Assembly: GCA_013239625.1 (NCBI GenBank)
Contig: MU055785.1
Location: forward strand, 14,331,206 to 14,395,205
Direction of reading: 5' to 3'
Length of the DNA: 64,000 nucleotides
Source: Lama guanicoe
Lineage: Eukaryota
Within the stretch, counting starts at the first letter, position 1, and each line of letters opens with the position of its first letter. The notes beneath the pieces are model-generated. The model did no database searches. It was given only the letters and a program-made list of their open reading frames with translations, and was not told the DNA's origin. Below, piece after piece: positions 34,801-46,800 of the stretch. A program made the position numbers and the translations under genes.

Positions 34801-37800
34801 CTCTGCGATCGTGGGGGCGGGGCAGAGAAGCCCCGGGAGGCATCTTTTTTGCTGCTACTGCTGCTGAAGCCAGATATTTTGAACCAAAGTGAGAGTTGCT
34901 TAAATACACCTCCTTCCTGGTCTCAGGGCAGCCTGCCCACCTCCAGTGACCACAAAAGTGGGGGAAACACGGCATTTCCGAACGCCCTGCTTGGACAAAG
35001 CTGTACATGAGGCTCCCGAAAGCTCAGGGACGGACATTCCCGTGTGTTGTCAGCTTTGACGCTCAGGGCAGCGTCTTGGCCCACATCCGGACACAATAGT
35101 CACCCGAGCGGCTCTGCTTCACAGATATGTGCACCTCTGATCTGCACTAAAGGTTAGCATCGTAAAAGAGAATCAAACCAAAACCTCCAGCTCCCTGGCG
35201 CTGGGAGTCAGGAAATTTTCAGGGAGCCAGGGGATGAATCCGGGCTGGGAGTTCTGGTGCTCAGCGTGTTCCAGGCGGGGAACAAACAGGCTGTGGCCTG
35301 TGGGGCCGGCGCCCTCTTGTGGCCAGGTCGCAAACTGCACCGGCTCAGGCCCAGGCCTGGCACCCAGGGGGGTCTCACCTGTGTTTTCAGGGAAAAGTCC
35401 AGCATGACAGGAAGGAGGACACAATAGGGAGATGAATGAAGCCTGGAGGGAGTCCCTGCTCTTGAACACACTACCACGCCTGGAAGACAAGGCACGGGAT
35501 GTGTCTAGAGCTGATGATGGAAAATTCATTCTGAAAACTGGTCGCAGGAAAGAAACAGGAAAAAAAAAACAACAACAAACCTTTTGGAACAAAGGCAAAA
35601 ACGAATCTCTTCAATAACTGTTCTCCGTTTTTTCTAGTTATAAAGGCCCAAACCAACCACAACAAAAAACCAAAACCACAACAAGAGAAAAACCTTCAGT
35701 CCCACCATAAAGTCAAAAGTAAGGCCCTGTGGTTCGTTTTGGAAAGTACGTGTTGCCAAACTTCTGGATAATCGTAGTTCAGCTAACCCTTAATTAAAAT
35801 TTAGATTCAGTTGTCCTTTAATTAAAGCAGCCATAATCATCACTGATTTGGGAGTGGGGGAATCATTATTCTAAAGCAAAGAAAAGAAATCATCGCATGG
35901 TCAAAAGACATGGAAGCTGAATAAAGCAAAGATGCACGGAGCGCTGAAGCGAGCCGGCAGACCCCCAGGATGGACACCAACATAAACCAGCAGGGTGAGA
36001 AGATGGACTGGGCTGGCAGGCAGATGTGAGGGGAGGCCGCGTCACACACCCGGGGGGGCGGCTGCGCGTGCTGGGCAGTGGCCCTGCTGTCGGGCACGTC
36101 TGAGCTCTTCCTCCAGGCATCCTGGGCATCTTCGGGACCCGCGGGCTCCTCCCAGCCGCACTTGCCGGGGCGGGGTCTCTCTGGGCTCGGGGGGGCGTCC
36201 TCGCTCCTGGGGACGCCGCCGGGCTCCTCTTGCTCCCCAAAGTCCTCTTCGATGCTGCTCTGCCGGGTCAGCGTCCGGCGCCGGGCCAGCAGGGGCCTCG
36301 GGCCTCTCCTGCTGGGACAGCGCCCGGGGCCCGGGCTGCACGGGGCAGCCGTGCTTCGGAAGCTGAACCACAGCTCCTCCTCTTCACTGCCACAGTCCAG
36401 GCCGCTGTCTGGGCTCCGGGTGGCCGAGCGGCTGAACCGACAGCCTCTGTCTTCCAGAAGGAAGTCGCCGGCGGCCCTGCGCTCTGCGGGGAACCTGGGC
36501 ACGCTGGCCCTGGAGGAGTGCCCTACGCCCTGCTTGTGCGAGAGCTCGCAGCGCTCTGCGTCCTCCTCCGCCACTTCGGGGATACTGAAAAGTTTCTTAC
36601 TGTGGTGGGTGTGCTGGGGGTACCCGGGGAGTTCCAAGAAAGCTGCCTCAGGGGTCCTATTCCTAGGGCACTCCTGACAGGGGCGGTGTGTGAGGACGGG
36701 TGCCAGGAAACAGCGTATGATCAGACATGAAGCGGGCAGAGGAAGGAGAGAAAACACAGACAGAATTAGTCTCCGAGGCGATGAGGGGCGGAAAGCATGC
36801 TTGTACCCATGGGGGGCGATGGCACGCGCTGGCCAGGCTCTGAGATGAGAACAGAATGGGTGGGGCGGATGTGCCGGGGCAGGGGAGGGGCACACGCAGG
36901 GGCCAAGGCCACCTGCAGGGACAGCCATGCAGCTCAACCAAGGACAGAGCGGCAGCTGGGGCGCGAGGAGCTGGGCGCAGGAGGCTTCACGGTGACTCAG
37001 GCGCTGGGTTCTGCGAGGTGGCTGTGCCAGACGGGGGCGGGGGCACCTGAGCCCACTACCCTCTGGCTGCACCCTCAGAAACTCAGAAGGCAGCAGCTGT
37101 GGGGTGCTGGTGGCTGAAGACAATTCACAAAAGTGACCCAACTGAACGGCCAGGACCCTCGCTGCTGGAGGTCATCCCAGCACTCGGCACCCCCTGACAT
37201 CCAGTCTGGTCTGCTGACCTACCACCTCTCTCCCTGGCTTGGGTGTGAGCGTGTGAAACTGGGGACCTGGGCGCTGAGCCCCCATCCTGGTCCTAGGAGG
37301 TCTGTGCTCCATCCACGTCTGTCCCTCTGGCACGCCTGGACTCCAGGCCCTGAACGAGCAGCCGCGCCCCCGCCAGCATGGGCTGCAGGGCCCGGCCTGG
37401 GAACAGCCACCCAGAGGTGGCCTGACGAACGTCAGGGGTGGACACAACTGCCCGCCCATCCTTGCATGTGGTTCTCTCTGCAGGGACCTCCCTCGGCCCA
37501 GTCCTCTGCTCCCGTGGAACCAGGAGTCCCTCTTCGCGGACTCCAGGAAGCCAAGCCCTGCCTTTCGTCCTGTCAGAGAGGCGCTGCACCGCGGGGGACA
37601 GCGCACAGGAGCTCTGGGGTCTGCAGCCCCCGCCGCCCCGCCAGCCCGCAGCCCTGCGCGCAGGACCTGGCAGTTTGCCTGGTGCAGCAGCACCTGCTGA
37701 GCGCCTGGGGCCCCGAGTGCCGGGCAAGGAGGCGGGCGGCACATGCTTCTCTCATGGATGTCTGTTCTGGGGAGTGTCGGGGAACAGGCAGCGAGGGAGC

Positions 37801-40800
37801 AGGGCGGACCCCCAGACTGCGTCTCCCCGCAGCTCTGACCTCCCCGTGGCTGCTCTGGGGCCAGGGCGGTGCTCGTGCGGCTGGGTTGGCCTTTCTCCCT
37901 GCCCTCTTCTTTCCACACAATCCACAGAAGTACGACCCCAGGAGCGGCCCCCGCCCAGAGGATGGGAGGGAAGCTGACACGCTTCACCAGCCCCGCCATG
38001 AGCCCTGCGGGCAGCTGGGGAAGCAGGGGATTGAGTGGCCGGTCAGGCGGGACCACCGGCAGCTTGGGGCCTCCCTCCGGCAAGAAGGGTCCCTGTGAAT
38101 CCTGCTGGAGGGTGGCTCCGGGTGGCCAGGGCAGGGGGAGGAGCAGGAGCCGCAACCGTGCAGGTCTGCATAGCGACCTGGCATGCTCTCTGGGGGCGGA
38201 GCGTCTCCAAGGCCCTGCAGGGGCCTCTGCTGGGAAAACGGAAGTCAGTCTGCTCTGTGCAAGTGGGCACCGAACTGGTAGCCAGATTTGGGCGCTGCTT
38301 TCTGTCCACCATTCAAAACGCACGGCTCCGCGTCCTCCGAGAAGGCCTGGGGCCGGGCGCGGCAGCCCCAGCAGGGTTCCCCCCACCGAGGCCTTACTCA
38401 GTTGAGAACCCGTGGGCCGCACCAGCTCTCCTGCCCTTTGTCTGTCTACCCCCCAGGCTGGGAGCAGCTGCAGGGCAGGGGCCACGTCCATCCTCACCCC
38501 CAGCCGCGACCAGCTCGTGCCGGGCGAACAGACGTCCAGCAAGAAAGGCCAGCAGCAGCCGTGGCAGCACAACTCCCAGGGGACCAGGACGCACACCCAG
38601 GGCGGCTTCTTCAAGCTCAGTCTCTGCTAAGGTGACCCCCCCCCCAAATCAAACCCCCGCTGACGGCCACACCAGAGGCGGAAGCAGAGGGTGCAGGATC
38701 TGTCTCTGGTGGGAGGTGCCTGGAAAGGGGCTTGTGTGTGGACCCCCCTGTCCTCCAGGACGGCCGACCCTCCTCTGACCTCCTTCCGTGCCCCTCTCCC
38801 AGCCCCCGGCAGGGCCTGCCTCGGCTCACCCCACCACGGGGCCTCCGCACGGCCCCAGCTGGTCCCCCACGCGCCACAGTCTTTGTTCTATTCTTTTCAA
38901 TTCAGTTCTTAGTACAAATTGGGGTGTCCCTGGGAAGTGCCAGCTGGATTCTCCCAGACTCCTTCAGCTAGGCTTGTGGCAAAGAGGAGGGACAGGAGGG
39001 CCGGGGAGAGCCCGAGTGCAGATTCAATAGTGAGAAAGCAGCCCACCCACGTCTGCGGGCTCTGCTTGCTGGGCAAGGCCCCTCTGGGGCTGGCCTGGCG
39101 CCCCAGCAAAAGGAGGGGATGGGATGCCGGCAGGGCCGGCGTGGAGGGACCCGGTGCCCCTGCGCACTGACCTTGAGAGCGTTGTGGGCCGCGCCGCTGG
39201 GCCGCCGCCGGCCCCCGTCTTCCAGCTGCATCTCAGAGCAGAGCTCCTCCTCGTCCTCCTCCATGATGTCGGACAGGTCAGACCCCCGGCTGCTCTCCGT
39301 GTGGTAGTCATCTCCGTGGCCACAGTGCGGCTGGGGCAGGAGAATGGGACGCGGGTGGAGGGGCAGCCCCCGACAGGGCCTCCCTGGCTTTGCCAGCTCT
39401 GGGCTGGGACAGTGTCTGGATGTCTGCATGAGCCACGTGCCTTAAAGGTGAGGGAACCACGGTCTCCCAGCACGCGGCGAGCTGGGGTGGCAGAGAGAGG
39501 ACCAGACCCGGCCTCCCAACTCCCAAGGCCAGACGGGAGTGGGCAGAGGCCCTTGGGCTCTGGGCAGGATGGCACCATGGAGCTTACGAGACACATGGGG
39601 AAGCACCACTTTTCTGGGTCCTATCAGCACCTCCAACTTAGTGGCTGGACAAAGGATCAAGCCAGAGGTTGCAACTCAGGTGGCAGCAGGCTTGGGACCT
39701 GTGGAGCACGTACACTGTGCCTAGGGTCGTGCAGGAGAGGGTGCTGGGGTGGCGAATGGGTGCGTGTGCACCACACAGGGACACTCAGGAGTCCTAGGAC
39801 TGCCATGGAGTTGGAAACACACATGTGCACACGCCGGGGCATCTGCGGAACAGCCTGGGGAAGACCGCATCACTGGGCGCACGCGGGGAAGTCCGGGTGC
39901 AGCCGAAAGGTTTGATTGCAGAGCAAGAGAGGGCAGCTTGCTCATGTGTAAGCCAAAGCCTCTGCAGCCGATGGGGATCTGAGAAGACGGGATGGCCCCC
40001 AGCCAGGGGTCCCGGCCCCCACCACATGGGCACCCATCACTCAGCACGGCCCGTGTCACCCCACGCCGGCTGCACGCCCTACGTGCACAAAGATGCTGCT
40101 TCTGCTGTGTGTGGATTAAGAACAGCTGCTGGAAAAGACTTTTCTAACAGACGAAAGAGCCTGAGGAGAAACCCTCCTCTTCTCACCCCTCCCTCCCCCT
40201 TCCTTCTTGGGGAGCTGTCACAGGAGAATGTGACAGTTGGAGCTATGGCAGCTGCTTTGTAACCATGAGAAAAAGGCCAAAAGAACGGAAGATTCAGAAC
40301 CTGGAGCCCAGACACAACTGAGCAGTGGAGCCAACCCTGTAAACTTCGAGACCTCCCACGATGCTGGGTAGCGAAACGTCTGTGGCACCTTCGTCACTGT
40401 TAGTTGGTTGTTCTGTTTCTCATGTGCAAGCTAATGCAAATACAATTACTTTAATCTTATCGAACCTGATGACTGGAGAAGCTGGGTATCTTGCCTACTA
40501 GCAGTAGCAGAGCCAGGAAGTGACCCCAAGTCTGTGAGGGTCCAAGGCCCTCTTCCTGGAGAGGCTGAGTCCCTGCCTGGCTGTCGAGGCAGGTGCTGAA
40601 GGGACTGAGGTGTCTTCCAGCTCTGACGTCTCAAGGTTTCAGGACTCTCCAGGCCCCAACCTTCCTGCTGTCCAGTGATAGGTCCTGAAACCACTCAAGG
40701 ACATTTCTACCAGCAGGTGCGTGAGCGGAACGCTGGAGACAAAACCCACCCTGGGTGCATCTGTCACTCGCGGGCCTAGTCTGGAAGGGGAAGTGTCCCT

Positions 40801-43800
40801 CTGAGGGCAGGATGCTGACCGTTTGATTTCTGAACCCCTCATGACGTCTTGCATGCAGCAGATGCCGCACAAACTTCCGCCAGATTAACATGAGTAAAGA
40901 CATTACAGGTTTTGCCTAAACTGAGACCAGGCAGTTACCTGCAGACTTACTGAGCCACAAAGTCACCCCGACACCCCCTGGACACTCGCGCAGGGCCGTC
41001 GGTGGGGGAAAGCCTCATCGTGAGACTTCTGAAACTGTTCCCAAATGAGGTCACAAACGCACAGGCCTTGTGAAATCTAAACTCCCCAAGCCACCCACGA
41101 CCGCTGTAAGCCGGGCCTGCACCTCCCCCTCGGGCTCGTGGGCCTGAGGCGGCCGAGCCCCGGCATGCACCGCCCCGCGGGGGCTCGCAGCCCTCTCACC
41201 GGCTTGCCGAGCTCGGAGCCCTGCAGGAAGTCGTCCACCGAGGCACCCCTCCTCCGGACGTCGGGGGACTCGTAGCCATCCTCCTCGTCGGAGTTCGCGT
41301 ACTGCCCGCTGCTCCGCTCCAGGAAGACACTCCTTTTCTCTAACTTGGAAGAGAAAGGAAAGAGACGGGTGAGGGGAGGTGTCGGGAGGTGTCGGGAGGT
41401 GCGGGGGAGGGGGGCCGGGGTTCCAGGCTCCTTGTCTTCCAGGCGGCGTCCTTCCCTCCCCCAGCCCCTGGCCGCCTCGGAGCCCCAGGGTCACAGGACT
41501 CGGGCTGAGTGAGCCAGTGCACCGGCTGCCGGTGACCCGGCCTCCCGCCCTCCCCAGAACTAGCCCTGGCCTTCGCGGGAGCTGACGCGCAGGTGCCAAG
41601 GAAAAGCTCCTCTTCCTCTGTTGTCACCTTGGCCTCACTCTTGATATGATCAGTGACCCTTTCCTGAAAACGGAAGCTCAGATGTTTGCTCTCCCTGCAC
41701 ACCTTCTGGAAGAGGAGCCAGGCTGGAGGGCCAGCAGCCCCGGGCCTTCCTGGGCCCAGTGTCTGACTTCATCCCACTCTCAGGGGTGCTGCCTGGGGGC
41801 CTCAGGGTGGCAGGATGTGTGGCTGCCACCTGAAAGGGGAGGGGGGCAGCGCTCACCCGCCGGCCCCTTCCTGCCCACAGGCTTCGCCAGAAGCACTGAG
41901 CCTGAACTCCTGCTTTGTGGGCCACGAGAGCACAGGGGCCGCGGGCCCATGGCAGGCATGCATACTGTGAAGCTGAGGGCACGCAGTGCTGTCTAACTGC
42001 TGACAGACTGGGAGCGTTTGCATCAAAGCCTGGATGTCCAGTTTCCAGCATGTACTGGAGTGCTGCCGCAGGCTCATCCCTTCCAGTTGTCCTGGCCGTG
42101 GCCTGCGTGCCCCAGGTCCCGGCCTGGCCCAGCCCCAGGGATGCCCAGGAAGTGGGGGTCTCCCAGCACCGGCCTGGGTATCTCTCCACCTGCATCTCAG
42201 AGGAGGCACTAGCAGGGTCACTGCCCCAGAGAGACGACTCAGGATGGCCGGGCTGAGAAGACCACTGGCCGCCACTGTCCCCCCGCTAGGGCCCTGACCT
42301 CAGGCTTGCAGCACACAGGCTGGGGGTACCCTGGTAGATGGACGCGCCCGAGGAAGAGGTGGGGGAGGGGCACAGGGCCTCGCCCAGCTCCAGAGCCTGC
42401 TCTCCTAGGCTTCCTTCGTAGATGCTTCTTAAGTTTCACGTGTCACTGCCCCTGCCGCCTGGAATACGGCCCCACCACCGTCCAGACAGCCCTCCCCCCA
42501 CAGCCCAGACAGCTCCAGGGACAGGCACGCCGACACATTCACGTGCATCCACTTCTGTGTGTGACCGTGTCTGCATACACACGTGTGTGAACGTCTGTGC
42601 GCATGTGTGTACATACACACGTGTGTAAATACGTCCATCCCTATGTGTATGCCTCAAATGGGCAGAGCCAGGAGGGGAGCCTCATTTAGGAGGACAGGTC
42701 CTAGGAGGCACCTCATGGATCCCTGGACACAGACCAACGCCCAGTGAGTGGGATGCTCGCAGCCCGTCTGCTAAACTAGGCTGGGAGACAACCACTTCCT
42801 CTGGTTATCCAGGTCCACGTTTACGACACAAAAACACAGTGTGGCTCCCTCAGGATCAGGCCTAAACCGCAGTCCTCGGGGGGAACTGGAGGATAAACAG
42901 TTGTTCTTCCCCCCAGGTCAGGGCAGCCACCCTGGGTGCTTCTCTTCGCAGACGCGGGTGCTGGTGGGGTGTCCCATCCCGGGGGGCTGGAGGGACGGAG
43001 CGCAATCCACACAGCCCGTGCAGCGGAACCAGCGAGGGAACGGCCAGCCTTACCCTGCTGCTCTCCGCCACCCTCTGCGCGGCTTCCCGGGCCATGGCCT
43101 TGGCGACGGAGCTGGAGACCGGGGCGCCCTGCGGCTGCGGGAGGACGCGGCTGGGCGAGGGAGACCTCCTCCCGGGGCCCACGCCCTGCAGGCCGGGCGG
43201 CTCCAGCATGTGCCCGTGGGCGGGGGTGGGCACCCGGCTGAGCCCCCAGGCCTCGTCCAGCTTGGCGTGGGGACCCAGGTGCTCTTCTTTGGTGTCGGGG
43301 GCTCCGGCACTTGCTAACGGCTTCGGTGTGGGAGCAGTTCTCGGGTAGGGGGTTGGAGGCACCAGGAGGTCGGGGGGAATGGCAGCGGTGGCAGAGTCTA
43401 CGGACTCGCCCTGCGCAGAGAGGGTCCGCACGGTCACGCCCTTGGCTTCCAGGCTTCGCAGCCGCACGAGCTCGACGGCTGTACTGTCCGCCATCGGGGA
43501 GATGATCTCAGCCACCTGCGCACAGAGAGCCGCTCACGGGCTGCCCGGGCCCCGGGCACTGCAGACCCCTCGCCAGCGGCCAGGGATCTGGCCACCCCCC
43601 CCCAACATCTGACTCCAGCCAGGCTGCACAGTCTGCAGCCCCCGCTCCTGCCCAGCTGCTGGAGGGTCGCCGGGACGGCTAAGCACACCCTCTGCTTCCA
43701 CACCCGGAAGCAACGCGGAAACGAATGCGGGGCCACAGAGGGAGCAGGACACCGGGCTTGTTACTGCCGAAGCGCTGCACAGAGGAGCGCTAGGCAGAGC

Positions 43801-46800
43801 CCGTGTCGGCTTCCTGCTGCTGCGGGGAGACAAGACCGCACGGGGCCTCTGCTGCAGGGGAAGCCCCGCCCGGTGGGCCTCCTGCGTGCACGGAGCGGGG
43901 GGCATCCGCAGGGGCCCCTCTCCCAGAGGGAACCCAGACACGTGCGTCTGACCCGTCACCTCCTAGTCTGGGGGACAGTGGGGAACAGACAGAAGCCTGC
44001 TCGAGCCCCTCAAGGGCAGCGTGTCTCTCGTCTGCCAGGAGGGGTGGCGCTGAGCTGATGGGTTTCCCCAACACGGCGGGAAGGGCCCTGCAGTGTTTCC
44101 GAGGCGCCTGGACCTGCGGCCGTCTGGCCAAGAACCAATGTGGTGGAGTCCTCAAGCCTGCAGAGGGGGGCTCGAGATCGTGGGACTCAAGAGAGGTGAA
44201 ATGCTTGGTCCCTGGGGGAGGAGAACAGGAACGGTCCAGAGCAGGGCAGGCAGGCAGCGTGGGAGGCAGAGAGCATTCTGGAAAGGAGGGCGGGGCAGGA
44301 AAGGACGGGGGCTCTCAGCATTCCACACCGGGCCCTGGGGTGCCAGTGCAGCTGGTGCTTAGTGAACGCTGGCGGGCTGAGGAGAGGGGACACCAGCCTT
44401 CAGCGAGCGGCAGGCGGGCGGGCGGCCGGCCCTGCGTGCAGGCGCAGCCCCAGCAGAAACTCACCCTCTGCCCTTTCGCGTACACGCCATAGCCGGTGAC
44501 GTTGGCCCCGTTGGACAGTCCGGTAGCCGTTAGGGCGGGCGGTTTCCAGGACACCTGGACGGTGGCTGGGGTGGCCCCGGCTTGGACGGTGATGTCTTGT
44601 GGGGGGGCTGGAGGACCTGCGGGGCAGAGGCAGAGAGATGTTCACAACACGGCCCTTTGGCAGCCGAGCCGCTAAGGCTGGTGGCACCTGGAAGATGGTG
44701 GCATCTTTCAGCGAAGCCTCTGGGGAAGGAGGGAGAAGAGGAGAGGTGGAATAGAGTGGGGGGCGGGGCGGAGCAGCAGCTCCCAGGGGCCCCACGGTGC
44801 CCCTTGAACTCCTGCTCACTGACCTCCGTCTCCACGGCAGCCTGTGACCCCAGCCTGGCCAGTCAGCCATGAGACGCCCCCTCCACCGTCACCTCTCCCC
44901 TCCTCTTCTGCACCACCACCCGCTGCCCCCTCACCCCGGCCCTCCCTCTCTCCAGCAAACTTGGGAGCATGTAGGCTGGACCACACATCACCCATCTTGC
45001 CACCTCGCTGGCGAGGACAAAGCGGAAAGCTGGAGAGAGACAGGTTCTGACGAGGCCCGAAACTGGACCTGGCTCTGCACACCCAGCAGCCCCAGCTGAC
45101 CCGCTTCTTCTGTGCCCAAACCACCTTGAACCGTGCTCACTGGGTCTCCCGAGACCGTCCTAGGCGGTCACTCCCAGCAACAAGGAGGCAAGGGTCACGT
45201 CGCCGGTCACCCCATCAGCTCCTGGTCTCACTCAGCAGGAGGGCCCGTCTGCACCCCAACCCATGGGCGCCTCCCTTTCCTCTGGTGCAAAACTCCCGGC
45301 ACCCTTGTGTCTGAAGTATGGAAACTTATATTTGGAAAGGAACGTAGAGGTATCAGGGGGAAGGCCATGAGCTTCACGTCCTCCAAGGCCTCGCTCAGGC
45401 AGGTCCTGGGGGCGGCTTGGTGGGGAGGGACGGCTGCAGGCTGAGGATGTCTTACGCGCCACTCCTCGTTTCGGATGCTTTACATCCCTCGATCCAAACA
45501 GCCCTGCAAGTTCCTCCTCAGCTTGCAAAGGAGGAAGTTAAGGTCGCAGGGAAGCCGCTCGCTATCAAGTGCTGGCGGCAGGACTCACACCAGCGCTCGC
45601 CTGCGGCTCATCTGCAAAGGAAGGTGCAACTCCACCCTCAGCACGTGGCGGGCGATACTGGGCTTCGGAGCTCCTGCCCAGCCTGGTTCAGAAGTTACAC
45701 TCCACCTGGACAGTCCACTCAAACAGGACAGACAGCCTTGTTACGCTTTTTTTTTAATTGAAGTATAGCTTCTGCACAGCAAAGGAAACCATAAGCAAAA
45801 CGAAATGACAACCTACAGGATGGGAGAAAATATCTGCCATTGATTCAACTGACAAGGTTTAATTTCCAGAATATATAAACAGCTCATACAACTTAACAAC
45901 AACAAAAACAAACCCAATCCAAAAATGGACAGGAGACCTAAACGAGCAATTCTCCAACGGCAACATACAAATGGCCAGTGGGCCCATGACAAAAAGCTCA
46001 GAGTCACTAGGTATCAGAGAGACGGAAGTCTAACCACAGGGAGGTACCGCCTCGCAGCAGTCAGTAAGGCTTGCTCCCCTTAAGGGCGAAAGTCAAGAAT
46101 GAAACTGGTCTGGACCGGGCTGGGCTCCAGTTCCTGCGATGAGAGCGGCCATAGGAAAGGCCGGGTTCGCTGGTGGAGGAGGCTGTGTCCTGCACTCCAG
46201 CCCACCCCTCCTCCCAGCCCAGAGCGGGGCCGGTGGTGAGGGGAGCCGTGCTGACGCCCACCATGTGGGGCGTTTCGTCCCGCCACACACCTGGTGCCGG
46301 GGCTCACGCTGAGCGAGGTTCAAGGTGGCCCTGCCCCCACCTCTCACTCCTGTCGTGGCCACGGTCAAAACTCTCCTCCCGGACGGGCAGCGGAAGTCAC
46401 CTGCTGTGGACCGGAGGCCTGTGTCCCCCCAGACCCCCGTGCTGGAGTCCGAAGCCCCAGCTGACGTTACTGGGGGTGGGCGTCTGTGGGGGTGACTGAC
46501 ACCAGTGCCCTTACTAAAGGCCCAGAGAGCTCCTGCGCCCCGGCGTCCGCCAGGCAGGGACACAGCGAGAAGACGTGGTCTGCCGACCAGGAAGCGGTCC
46601 CCACCGGACACGGGGTCTGCCCCCGCCCTGATCTTCGACTCCCAGCCTCCAGAACTGCAAGAGGTAGATGCCTGTTGTTTACAAGCCCCTCAGTTTATCT
46701 TGTTACAACAGCCCGAGCTGACGAGACACCCAGGAACTGGGTGTGAACCTGCGGGGACGTGCCCTGGGCTCCAGGCCTCCTGCTGGGTCTCTGTTCCTCC

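Noticed and set aside
37172-38614. 480-aa minus-strand ORF and overlapping 321-aa plus-strand ORF
   Set aside because: Low-complexity Pro/Gly/Arg/Ala translation with no recognisable domain. Stop depletion is expected in very GC-rich intron sequence.
41372-41405. Short 10-bp tandem repeat (ggaggtgtcg) and G homopolymers (3195-3206, 27393-27403)
   Set aside because: Too short and common to imply function.
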